From an uncultured Candidatus Bathyarchaeia archaeon (lineage in GTDB: Archaea > Thermoproteota > Bathyarchaeia > Bathyarchaeales > DTEX01): a DNA stretch of 64,000 nucleotides. The position numbers were made by a program, and so were the translations under genes. Under the pieces are notes generated by a model. It was not told where the DNA came from and did not search any database. It worked only from the letters and a program-made list of their open reading frames with translations. The stretch is taken from NCBI GenBank assembly GCA_964584965.1, contig CAZPBM010000057.1, positions 647-64,646 on the forward strand, given 5' to 3'. Below, piece by piece: positions 50,571 to 59,869 of the stretch (within the stretch, counting starts at the first letter, position 1; each line of letters begins with the position of its first letter).

Positions 50571-50846
50571 TTACGAGTTTATGGATGTTGGATGAAAGAT
50601 TGAAATCAAAGTTTCAGTGTGAACGACGTTTGGGTGTTGCTCCACCATTTCGTAGATTATCTTACTAAGCTCCACTAGACTTTCTGCTTCAACTACCACA
50701 ACCGCATCGAACCTACCTAGGACGGAATTAGCTATTTTTACTCCCTTGATTTTTCTGGATTTTACGATCTCTTCCGATGTTCCAGGCTTTACTGTAACCA
50801 TTATGAATGCTCTTAAGGCTTTGCCACGTAAATCTTTGGAAGGCAA
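50571..50846 (-). CDS. Stand-alone Lrp/AsnC ligand-binding domain protein
   Basis: RAFIMVTVKPG...VLGRFDAVVVVEA...VVHTETLI; no HTH. Confidence 0.88.
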   Translation of the reverse strand: MPSKDLRGKALRAFIMVTVKPGTSEEIVKSRKIKGVKIANSVLGRFDAVVVVEAESLVELSKIIYEMVEQHPNVVHTETLISIFHPTSINS

Positions 50847-50896
50847 TTTTTCACCTAACCTTTAATGTTTGTTCTTTAACAGTTTCATTGTGGATT

Positions 50897-51124
50897 TTAT
50901 AGGACTAAAGAGGTTTCAGTGTGGACGATGTTAGGGTCTTTCTCGATCACTTTGTATAGGATTTCATTTACGCTTTCGAGGTTTGGAGCCTCGATGATCA
51001 CAACAGCATCGTATCTTCCATATATTGCGTCTGCTTGAACGACCTCTTTCACTTTACTCTTTATTCTCTTAACGACCTCTAACGATGTCGCAGGTTTTGT
51101 TTCAATAAACACGTATGCTCGCAT
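50897..51124 (-). CDS. Stand-alone Lrp/AsnC ligand-binding domain protein
   Basis: RAYVFIETKP...IYGRYDAVVIIEA...IVHTETSLV; no HTH. Confidence 0.9.
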   Translation of the reverse strand: MRAYVFIETKPATSLEVVKRIKSKVKEVVQADAIYGRYDAVVIIEAPNLESVNEILYKVIEKDPNIVHTETSLVL

Positions 51125-51147
51125 TCATATCACCACCTTTTTCTTTT

Positions 51148-52635
51148 CTAATAATCAAGATACTTCATTATCTCCCATGGTGTAACGTAAAGGCAGTATT
51201 GGTTCCAATCGTTCGTCTTGTATTCTATGAAAGCATCAAAGATGTGGCTTCCAAGAGTCTGATGAATAATTTCGTCGCTCTTCATTTCATCCAATGCCTC
51301 TTTAAGGGTTGTTGGAAGTTCCCTAATGCCCAAGGCTCGACGCCTTTCAGCAGACAGTTTGTAAACGTCCTCGTCAACAGGGTCGCCTGAATCTATTTTC
51401 TTCTTGACACCATCCAGTCCTGCCATTAGAAGACAGGAAAAAGCCAAGTATGGATTGCATGATGGGTCTACTCCTCGGTATTCGCAACGTTTATGAGATG
51501 CGTATTGAGGTCCCTTGTAGTATAGCGGAATCCTTACTAACGCAGATCTATTTCTGCGAGACCACATTATATAGATTGGAGCCTCAAACCCTGGAACAAG
51601 CCGTTTGTACGAGCTTATTGTTGGGCAGCAAACAGCAGTTAAAGCTCTAGCATGCTCAAGTAATCCACCAATAAAGTATCTTCCAGTCTGGCTTAGCTCA
51701 GCATACTCATCGTTTTCGTCGTACATGACGTTCTCTTTGTTTTTCCACAATGATGTGTGAACGTGCATTCCACTAGCATTGTCCAAGTAGACAGGTTTAG
51801 GCATAAAAGTCGCTATTAACCCATGCTTTTTGGCAACATTTTTTGCTACAAACTTGTAATAAAGTGCATTGTCAGCTGTTTCAATCAAGGGCCCAAATCG
51901 GAAATCAATTTCTATCTGGCCTGAAGTTGCCACCTCGTGATGGTGTTTCTCGATTTTTAAGCCGAAGCAATCCTCAAGAATTGAGGCAACCTCATTGCGG
52001 TATTCGATTGTTGTGTCTTCAGGCGGAGGTCTATAATAAGCTTCTTTTGGCCTAAGAGTATAACTTCCTGTAGAAGTCTCTGGCGACTGTGGGACAACTC
52101 TGGGCGCCCCCCAAGAGTCTCCTTCGCCTCCTTTTGGGCTGACCCAAAGATCCCAAGTTAATTTTGTAGGGTCGATTGAAGAGAAGATGAAGAATTCTAG
52201 CTCTGGAGCGAAAAAGCTGGTAAATCCCATTTCTTTTGCGGCTTTTACAGCTCTCGCTGCAACATATCCTCTTGGATCTACTTCTGATGGTTCTTTGCTT
52301 CCATAAGATTCGTAAACGTCGCCTAAGATTATTCCGCTTTTTTGGTTTTCATTGCTTGTCCAAGGGATAATCGCAAGTGTATTTGGGTCGGGCATGAATA
52401 TCATGTCTGATTCTTCGATTGTTTTGAAGCCTCTAACCGATGAGCCGTCGAACCCTATTCCAGACGTAAAGGCTGTGCCTTCAATGTATTCGCTTGCTGG
52501 AATTACCATGTCTTGCATTAAGCCTCTGATGTCGATGAAGGCTGAGTGTACCCAACGAACCTTGTTTGCCTCAAGTTTTTCAATGGCTTTCTTTTGGCTT
52601 TCAGCGTCTTTCATGGAGTTCACCATTTTATTCAA
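51148..52635 (-). CDS. glnA: Glutamine synthetase type I
   Basis: FDGSSVRGF, ESDM, PELEFF, HHHEVA, ATFMPKP, SGMHVH, SYKRLVPGFEAP, NRSALVRIP, EYRGVDPSCNPY. Confidence 0.97.
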   Translation of the reverse strand: MNKMVNSMKDAESQKKAIEKLEANKVRWVHSAFIDIRGLMQDMVIPASEYIEGTAFTSGIGFDGSSVRGFKTIEESDMIFMPDPNTLAIIPWTSNENQKSGIILGDVYESYGSKEPSEVDPRGYVAARAVKAAKEMGFTSFFAPELEFFIFSSIDPTKLTWDLWVSPKGGEGDSWGAPRVVPQSPETSTGSYTLRPKEAYYRPPPEDTTIEYRNEVASILEDCFGLKIEKHHHEVATSGQIEIDFRFGPLIETADNALYYKFVAKNVAKKHGLIATFMPKPVYLDNASGMHVHTSLWKNKENVMYDENDEYAELSQTGRYFIGGLLEHARALTAVCCPTISSYKRLVPGFEAPIYIMWSRRNRSALVRIPLYYKGPQYASHKRCEYRGVDPSCNPYLAFSCLLMAGLDGVKKKIDSGDPVDEDVYKLSAERRRALGIRELPTTLKEALDEMKSDEIIHQTLGSHIFDAFIEYKTNDWNQYCLYVTPWEIMKYLDY

Positions 52636-52654
52636 CTAGCCGACTTTAATTGTG

Positions 52655-52702
52655 AAATTTATATATAAATTTTTTGGTTTATTGAGAAAATATTTAAATA
52701 TT
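52655..52702. promoter_or_regulatory. Back-to-back TATA elements of the divergent glnA / lrp promoters
   Basis: Perfect palindromes AAATTTATATATAAATTT (52655-52672) and AATATTTAAATATT (52689-52702). Confidence 0.55.
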
Positions 52703-52716
52703 GTGCTTTCTATTGA

Positions 52717-53250
52717 ATGTATATCCATTGGAAGTGTGGGGCGGAAGAGTTGGACCCCGTTTTGTTCGATAAAATAGACGAGGTTGATCTTAAAATCATA
52801 AATTTACTTCAAGAAGACTCCCGTTTTAGCTTTAATAAAGTCGCCTCAAAACTTGGCATATCGGCTGGAACCGCATTTAATCGAATAAAAAACCTAGAGG
52901 AAAAAGGGATAATAAAGGGTTACACCATCATCGTTGACCCTGCAAAGATTGGCTACGCTATGACTGCTCTTGTGCTCATTCAAGCTGAGGGCGCCCATCT
53001 TTCAGATGTTGAAAGGGAAATTGCCAAAATTGACAATGTAGTGTCGGTTTATGACATTACTGGAGATTTTGACATCGCTGTAATTGCGAGGTTTCTGGAT
53101 AGAACAAGCTTAAACGAGTTCATAAAAAGACTGGTTGCCATGCCTTATGTAAAGAGAACGGTTACTAACATTATTCTTAATGTCGTTAAGGAGGACATAA
53201 GAATCAGAATTCAACAGGGGCATATAATGAAAAATCCAATTCACTCTTGA
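52717..53250 (+). CDS. Lrp/AsnC transcriptional regulator
   Basis: IDEVDLKII.LLQEDSR HTH, GIIKGY, VYDITGDFD; start may be downstream (TTG 52750). Confidence 0.93.
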   Translation: MYIHWKCGAEELDPVLFDKIDEVDLKIINLLQEDSRFSFNKVASKLGISAGTAFNRIKNLEEKGIIKGYTIIVDPAKIGYAMTALVLIQAEGAHLSDVEREIAKIDNVVSVYDITGDFDIAVIARFLDRTSLNEFIKRLVAMPYVKRTVTNIILNVVKEDIRIRIQQGHIMKNPIHS

Positions 53251-53339
53251 TCCTTTGTGTACCTTAAATTCTTTAATCTTCGAAAACATTTATCGGTAAA
53301 ATAATAGTTTTTTGTTGTAGACCTATAGGTGATTGTGGA

Positions 53340-55007
53340 ATGAGGGTTGCCATGGCTCAAATAAACCCAACGGTAGGAGACTTGGATGGAAACACTGACA
53401 AAATTTTAAAGTACATAGAAGAAGCAAAAAAGCATAAAGCTGAGTTGGTGGTGTTTCCTGAATTAGTTGTCACCGGTTATCCTCCTCTAGACTTGTTGCG
53501 TGAAAAATCATTTGTCAAAGACAATATTAAGGTTGTAAAAAAAATAGCTAAGATGAATAGGAACATAGTCGGCGTAGTTGGTTTTGTCGACCAAAAGAAA
53601 GACAAACTTTTTAATGCTGCAGCTATTTTCGGGGAAGGCACAATTGTTGGTATAGCGCATAAAGCTCTTCTGCCTACGTATGATGTTTTTGATGAAGACA
53701 GATACTTTGTTCCAGCTAAAGAGGATGAAATTCACCCTCTAAGTGTGAACTTAGGTGGAAGGCAAGTTAAACTGGGTGTTGAAATCTGCGAAGATATATG
53801 GGACAAGAAATACGAGATTAAGGTCACTGATATTCTCGTTGAACGTGGAACACAAGCCATAATCAATATTTCAGCTTCACCTTTTTATATTGGGAAAAGG
53901 TTTGAACGCGAAAAACAACTTAAGGAAAAAGCCAAAAAATTACGTGTTCCAATTTTTTATGTTAATCTTGTTGGTGGTCAAGACGAGCTTGTTTTTGATG
54001 GACAAAGCATGAGTGTTGATGCTGAGGGAAATTTTATTGCGTTTGGTAAGCAGTTTCAGGAAGACCTCATAATTGTTGATATTAACAGCGAAACTTGGAC
54101 AGCGCCTAAAGTTGCTCCTCCAAAATATTGCGAAGAGGAGGAAAAATTTAATGCGTTGGTGTTGGGTATTCGAGATTACTATAAGAAGACGGGCTTCGAG
54201 AAAGCTGTTGTCGGAATGAGCGGTGGAATTGACTCTTCGCTAACGACTTGCATCGCTGTTGAAGCCTTAGGAAAAGAAAATGTCATTGGCGTTTCTATGC
54301 CGTCAAAATATTCAAGCGAACATAGCAAGACTGATGCGGAAAAACTGGCGAATAATCTGGGGATCTGTTTTGTAAAATTTTCGATTCATGACATTGTTGA
54401 AAGCTATAAAAGAACACTTGATGAGCCTCTTAAGGCAATTAGGAAACATTTTAGTGTTCACGAGTTTGATGATGATCCGATTGCTGATGAAAATATACAG
54501 CCTAGAACTAGAGGAAACTGTCTTATGGATATTTCGAATCGGTTGAAGGCATTGAAAATTTTGGTTTTGAATACTGGGAATAAGACAGAGCTTGCGTTGG
54601 GATACTGCACTTTATATGGAGATATGGCTGGTGGAATAGGGGCTTTGGGCGACGTGAGCAAGCTTGACGTGTATAAGCTTGCTAGGTACGTTAACATCAA
54701 AGCTAAAAAGGAGGTCATTCCAGAAAATGTTTTTAAGAAGAAGCCATCGCCTGAGCTAAAGGAAGCTCAATTTGATCCATTCGACTTTGATGTTGTCAGC
54801 CCTTTGGTTGACGAAATAATTGAACATCACAGAAGCCGAAAAGAACTAGTTAAGAAAGGATACCCCAAAGCTGTCGTGGATGATGTTTACAATCGAATAA
54901 GAAGGTCCGAATACAAGAGATGGCAGGCGGTTCCTTGTATAAAGATTACAAAACAGGCTTTTGGAATCGGGTGGAGGATGCCTATAGTTAATAAATACAA
55001 GGGCTAG
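53340..55007 (+). CDS. nadE: Glutamine-dependent NAD+ synthetase
   Basis: Nitrilase domain (FPEL, K..LPTYDVFDE, ICED) plus SGGIDS, ENIQPR, TGNKTE, YGD. Confidence 0.96.
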   Translation: MRVAMAQINPTVGDLDGNTDKILKYIEEAKKHKAELVVFPELVVTGYPPLDLLREKSFVKDNIKVVKKIAKMNRNIVGVVGFVDQKKDKLFNAAAIFGEGTIVGIAHKALLPTYDVFDEDRYFVPAKEDEIHPLSVNLGGRQVKLGVEICEDIWDKKYEIKVTDILVERGTQAIINISASPFYIGKRFEREKQLKEKAKKLRVPIFYVNLVGGQDELVFDGQSMSVDAEGNFIAFGKQFQEDLIIVDINSETWTAPKVAPPKYCEEEEKFNALVLGIRDYYKKTGFEKAVVGMSGGIDSSLTTCIAVEALGKENVIGVSMPSKYSSEHSKTDAEKLANNLGICFVKFSIHDIVESYKRTLDEPLKAIRKHFSVHEFDDDPIADENIQPRTRGNCLMDISNRLKALKILVLNTGNKTELALGYCTLYGDMAGGIGALGDVSKLDVYKLARYVNIKAKKEVIPENVFKKKPSPELKEAQFDPFDFDVVSPLVDEIIEHHRSRKELVKKGYPKAVVDDVYNRIRRSEYKRWQAVPCIKITKQAFGIGWRMPIVNKYKG

Positions 55008-55086
55008 AACTGTAGAAATATAGAACGGTATTTTGATGGTAATCTTTTATACAACAAGTCTCTGAAAAGTTGCGTTATTTTTTGAG

Positions 55087-55644
55087 CTATGATATAGTGT
55101 CAAAGGCAATGTTTGAAACGACCTTTAAAAGATCTGAACGGGTGATTATGCCGACAAGTTTCCCCTTCTTTGTCACCAAGACACCTGAGTTTTTTTCTAA
55201 TAGAGGCCTAATTACAGCAATGTCCGTGTCCTCTGGGACGCTTGGGAAGGGTTGCTTCATTATTTTTTCCACCGTTTCCTCTGCAATGTTGGGATTTAGG
55301 TTTCTGATGATTGATTCTTCAGTAATCATTCCCACGACTTTTCCATCGTCAACTATAGGTAGTTGCGAGATTGCGTATCTTACCATGATTTCGCTTGCTT
55401 CCCTAATCTTGTCTTTGGGATTTGCAGTGATTACGTTGCGGGTCATGATTTCTCCGCATTTTCTTCCTTTTCCTCCTTCGAGTGTTTCTAGAATCTTGTT
55501 TATTGTTGAGAGTCTTGGGTCCACTTTTTCGCTTTCTATTTTTGCGATGTGAGCTTGTGACACTCCGACCATCTTTGCAAGCTGGCTTTGTGTCAAGCCT
55601 GCCTCAAGTCTTTTTTTCTTTAGAATAGATCCTGTTAATGGCAA
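55087..55644 (-). CDS. XRE-HTH plus CBS-pair regulator
   Basis: GLTQSQLAKMVGVSQAHIAKIE...DPRLST, then two CBS motifs. Confidence 0.93.
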   Translation of the reverse strand: MPLTGSILKKKRLEAGLTQSQLAKMVGVSQAHIAKIESEKVDPRLSTINKILETLEGGKGRKCGEIMTRNVITANPKDKIREASEIMVRYAISQLPIVDDGKVVGMITEESIIRNLNPNIAEETVEKIMKQPFPSVPEDTDIAVIRPLLEKNSGVLVTKKGKLVGIITRSDLLKVVSNIAFDTIS

Positions 55645-55773
55645 AGAATAACCACCAGTTATTTTTTATGTATTATATATCGTTATGGTTTCTTATGTTT
55701 TTCTCGTTTTCCAAGATTGCTAACTTCGCTAGTAACAACCTGTCCTCCACATAAAGTTATGGGGTTCATAATT

Positions 55774-56683
55774 CTAACCTAAGAGATTAAGCCTGTTAAG
55801 TAGACCTTCTATGAAAACCTTTGAGGACACGATATCCTCTTCTATGTTTCCTTTGTAACCAGTTCCACCAACATCTATTGCAATGTAACCCTTGTATGAA
55901 TGCTTAGCTAAGGCTTTGATGAGTGATTCCCAGTCGATTGTTCCTTTTCCTAATGCTAGATGAAAGTTATCTCTGCCATCGTTATCAGATGCATGTACAT
56001 AGAATACTTTTGACTTTAGCTTTTCGACTGACAAGGGTAAAATTTCCTTCTGAGCATGCAAATGCCCAGTGTCTAGCACAGCCCCAAAGTTCTCGCGTTC
56101 CACGGCATCCATTAATCGAAGCATCGAGTCAGTATTGCTTATGTTCTCTCCTACACGAGGTTCTAGACAGAGTTCAAGTCCATACTTTCCAGCTATCTCG
56201 CTACAAGTTTTGAAAGTGTCGACCATTTCATCCCAAAAAACGTTCCAATCAAAACCTAAAGGAATATCGATCTTATACTCATGACCAAAGCTTATGGCCT
56301 CTTTGTATGGGGTTTTACCTAAAAAATTGATAGGTGGACGGAAAGAGTCAAGTTGAATCATATCACAACCAAGATATATGGTTATCTCACAACATTCTTC
56401 AAAATGTTTAATACTTTTTAACCTTAGATCATCATTTAGGCTCACAATATCAGGGAAAATAGCGCAAAGGTCAATAATGTTAAGGTTCAAATTATCGCAT
56501 ATTCTTCTTATCTTTTCCTTGTTTCTCTTAAATTGAGAAAGTTGTGACTCGTGCATAATCTCAATTTCCGTTGATTCAAAGCCTAGTTTAGAAATTTCTT
56601 TCAAAGAAGTGAAAATTTTTTTCCATTGACGGCGGATAGCCATATTTTGTTATTGCATAAAGCCAAGCGCAGCAAACCTTCAT
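55774..56683 (-). pseudogene. Sugar phosphate isomerase/epimerase (AP endonuclease 2 TIM barrel) with a frameshift in an A7 tract
   Basis: ATG 56683 behind GGTGA encodes MKVCCAWLYAITKYGYPPSME and joins the main ORF (LEPR, DTGH, HASDNDG, HLALGKG) only if one A of the tract at 56616-56622 is skipped. Confidence 0.8.
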
Positions 56684-56840
56684 TCACCAAGCCTCCACAA
56701 TCTTCAGTTTTATGAATGACATTTACATTAAACTATTGTATATCTTTTTTAAGCCTCTCTACCACTTAGTTTGTATCAGACAGAAATATCAGTTACAGGT
56801 ATTTACAGAACCTTAACTCTACGGAACCATGAAATTGTAT

Positions 56841-57250
56841 TCAAGGCTGGTTGTAGTTTATAGCGTGTTTGAGGAGGCAACAACTTACTAGGAAAGATAC
56901 TGACGGATAGGGGAACGTAGTTCTGCACTAGTGGAAGTGAATGTAAAGTGCAAGTCGTGAATAGGTTCGGGCTCTACCTTACTAGGGAAGGAATCAAGTA
57001 CATTCTATGTTGCGTTAACCATCCGTAAACAAACGGGAAGTTGGAACGGTTCTCTGGAGTCTACGGACAGAAAACGCATCAGTTCAAGAGCATGGATGAG
57101 TGTGAGCACTGGCATAATGAGATGAAACCACATCGCAGTTTGGACTTTGAAAACTCAGAAACTCTTATCCAACTTTTTACAGAAAAAGCTGCCAGCGCAA
57201 GCAAGTATTCCAGTATAAATAAAGTTAGTGAAATAACTATGGAAAATTAG
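56841..57250 (+). mobile_element. IS481-family transposase remnant (integrase core)
   Basis: SRLVVVYSVFEEATT, ILTDRGT*F, GIKYIL..VNHP*TNGKLER, WHNEMKPHRSL; stops at 56918 and 57026. Confidence 0.85.
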
Positions 57251-57394
57251 TGTTCATGTTTTTTCTCTTAAGTTGTTAATGTTTTTATTACTTATTAGAT
57301 GTATAATAGTGCATGTTTCGTGTAAAGATTATTCCGTAAAGTATATATTCAGTTAAGGTGTTAGCACAGAGCAAGATGGAACGGTGTAGTTTCC

Positions 57395-58603
57395 ATGAGA
57401 AACATTGTTGTTACGGATCTTAAACAGGTTCCTTTGGAAAACCAGAGAATTGAAGTGATTGAGAGAAAGGGGCTTGGACATCCGGATACCATTTGCGACA
57501 GCATTATGAATGATATTTCAATTAACCTTAGCAAGGAGTACTTGAAAAGGACTGGAAGTATTTTGCATCATAATATTGACAAGTCTCTTTTAGCTGCTGG
57601 GCACGTGGAAACGCGATTTAAGGGTGGCATAGTAAGAAAGCCGATGAAGCTAATTTTTGGTGACAGAGCAACGTACGAGGTTGATGGAGACGAGATTCCC
57701 GTTGAGGAGATTGCGGTTCAAACGGCGAAGCAATGGTTTAAAAAGAACATGCGGTTTGTGAATCCTAATGAACATGTTGTGTATCAAGTTGAAATTCAGC
57801 CAGGTTCATCTGCGTTGACGGATATTTTCAGAAGAGGCGGTAGGGTTCTTGAGGCGAATGACACTTCGGCAGCTGTGGGCTGGGCGCCTCTTACGAAGAC
57901 GGAGATGGCTGTGTTAAAGACGGAGAATTACTTGAACTCGAAGGAGTTTAAGAAGAGTTTTCCAGAGTCTGGTGAAGACATTAAAGTTATGGGTCTGAGA
58001 AAAGATGATAATCTGGAATTGATTATTTCGATGGCTTTTGTTGATCGTTTCATCGAAAGTGAAAAGCATTATTTTGAATCAAAAGAGAAGATTCTTGAAA
58101 ATGTAGTGCAATATGTTGAGGAGAATAATAGCTTCTCTAAGACGCAGGTGCAGCTGAATACTTTGGACACTCCAGGAAGAGGGATAGATGGAGTTTACTT
58201 AACTGTTTTGGGTACAAGCGCAGATGGGGCTGATTCTGGTCAGGTTGGTAGAGGAAACAGGGTTAATGGGCTTATTTCGCTTAATCGACCGCAATGTTCG
58301 GAAGCTGCAGCTGGCAAGAATCCTGTTAGTCATGTCGGGAAAATCTATAACTTGTTGACTTTTCAGATTGCAAACAAGATTCATCAACAGGTTCAGGACG
58401 TTAAAGAGGTGTATGTTTGGTTGTTGAGTAAGATTGGGCAACCTATTGACCAACCTACAGTAGCAGCAGTTCAAATTATCCCGGATGGGCGTATTTCTTT
58501 TGATAGGGTTAAGAGGGAAGCAGAGGAAGTTGTTGATTTTGAGCTGGAAAACATTGAGAAATTCTGTATGGAATTAGCTATGGGTAAGATTCCGGTGTGT
58601 TAG
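57395..58603 (+). CDS. mat: Archaeal-type S-adenosylmethionine synthetase
   Basis: ERKGLGHPD, HHNIDK, ANDTS, GEDIKVMG, DSGQVGRGNR, AAGKNPVSHVGKIYN. Confidence 0.97.
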   Translation: MRNIVVTDLKQVPLENQRIEVIERKGLGHPDTICDSIMNDISINLSKEYLKRTGSILHHNIDKSLLAAGHVETRFKGGIVRKPMKLIFGDRATYEVDGDEIPVEEIAVQTAKQWFKKNMRFVNPNEHVVYQVEIQPGSSALTDIFRRGGRVLEANDTSAAVGWAPLTKTEMAVLKTENYLNSKEFKKSFPESGEDIKVMGLRKDDNLELIISMAFVDRFIESEKHYFESKEKILENVVQYVEENNSFSKTQVQLNTLDTPGRGIDGVYLTVLGTSADGADSGQVGRGNRVNGLISLNRPQCSEAAAGKNPVSHVGKIYNLLTFQIANKIHQQVQDVKEVYVWLLSKIGQPIDQPTVAAVQIIPDGRISFDRVKREAEEVVDFELENIEKFCMELAMGKIPVC

Positions 58604-58624
58604 TGTGTAGTGTGTTTTTGTTTC

Positions 58625-59518
58625 TTACTTTAGGATTATGATTGAGCCGTATCCTACGATTAGGTCTGTTCCTCCGCCTGTGTCGTGGCTTGTCGCATAT
58701 TTTAGAAGTTTAGCTTCTTTTGCGCCCAGTTCCTTAGCTGCGACAATCATTGTGGCGACTGGAAGGGAACCGCACATCGTGTAGCCTTTTTCTTGGATTG
58801 TGTTTACCAGTTTTTCTGCGTCTAGTTTGAGGATGATGTCTATGATGGATTTGTCTGCGTCGTTCATCCATTTTAAAGCTTTTTCGAAGGGTCTCATTCC
58901 AACAGGCGCATACCCGTAGTTTGGGCCGTAGTGAATGAAGTCTGTGCTTCCTAGGATGACTGTGTCTTTTTGTTGGTCTTTTACTGCTTTTGCGATTGCT
59001 TTGCCGACGTTTTTGCACATCGTGTAGTCGCCGTAGCCCACGGTTATTGGAACGATCTTGAATTTTCCGTTGTAGATGTATTGGAGGAATGGGAGTTGAA
59101 CCTCTATTGAGTGTTCTTGGTCGTGTGCCTCTGGATTTATGTCTATGTACTCAGAATTTTTTGTAATAGTTTTTGCAAGTTCCGAGTCTACCTCGACGTC
59201 TCCTAGTGGCATTTTCCAGATTCCGTCAAGCATCGTGTTGAAGCCTGGGTAGCCTCTGTGGTTTACTCCGATGATTATGAAGGTTTCTGGTGTTCCGTCC
59301 TTTGCTATGTTGTGGTAGGTGTATCCTGCGATGGGTCCTGAGTAGACAAGTCCAGCGTGAGGAACCACTGCTCCAACTATGCGTCTCTCCCCGTGTTCTG
59401 GAATTTTAGGCAGCTCGCCGACTCCGTGTTTTGATGTGAAACACCATTCTATTTCCTCTTTTTCCTCCTTGCTGTTAAAGGGGTGAAACCCCCAAGCTGA
59501 AGCTCTTCTAACCCTCAT
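58625..59518 (-). CDS. MEMO1 family protein (AmmeMemoRadiSam protein B)
   Basis: VPHAGLVYSG, GVNH, EHSIEVQLPFLQ, STDFIHYG, TMCG, YATS.D, VGYGS. Confidence 0.93.
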   Translation of the reverse strand: MRVRRASAWGFHPFNSKEEKEEIEWCFTSKHGVGELPKIPEHGERRIVGAVVPHAGLVYSGPIAGYTYHNIAKDGTPETFIIIGVNHRGYPGFNTMLDGIWKMPLGDVEVDSELAKTITKNSEYIDINPEAHDQEHSIEVQLPFLQYIYNGKFKIVPITVGYGDYTMCKNVGKAIAKAVKDQQKDTVILGSTDFIHYGPNYGYAPVGMRPFEKALKWMNDADKSIIDIILKLDAEKLVNTIQEKGYTMCGSLPVATMIVAAKELGAKEAKLLKYATSHDTGGGTDLIVGYGSIIILK

Positions 59519-59640
59519 CCTAAATCCCTAAGAATACATATGTGGAGGAAATATAAAAACGACGTAAATGGGCCATTTTCGAATGTTTTCAAGCATGCTA
59601 CATGTGGTTTGCACGTTAGTTTTTGTGGGTTTCCTTTTTT

Positions 59641-59752
59641 GTGTAAGTTGTTGAGGGGGGAGGGTATATATAATCAGGTCAGCTTTTCTGGCCATCTTAC
59701 CTATTCTTGTTCTATGCGCATTGAAACTTTTTCTTTACATAGGCTCTGTGGA
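59641..59752 (+). repeat. Dispersed non-coding repeat, copy B
   Basis: Inverted copy of 29220-29334; 100 of 115 aligned columns identical by hand. Confidence 0.93.
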
Positions 59753-59869
59753 AACACTGGAATTTTGGGTTTAGTTTATGGCTTTTTGTGCAATTGTTTT
59801 TCTATTATTATATAAGATGGGTTGTTGCTTCTTAATGGTTGAGAAGGATTTTGGTTTGGAGGCAGAAGT

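Noticed and set aside
59745-59765. GTGGAAAC/CTGGAA plus G-tract as an ORB replication origin
   Set aside because: Only a partial match, not conserved in copy A, the G-string is in the wrong position, and no cdc6/orc1 gene is nearby.
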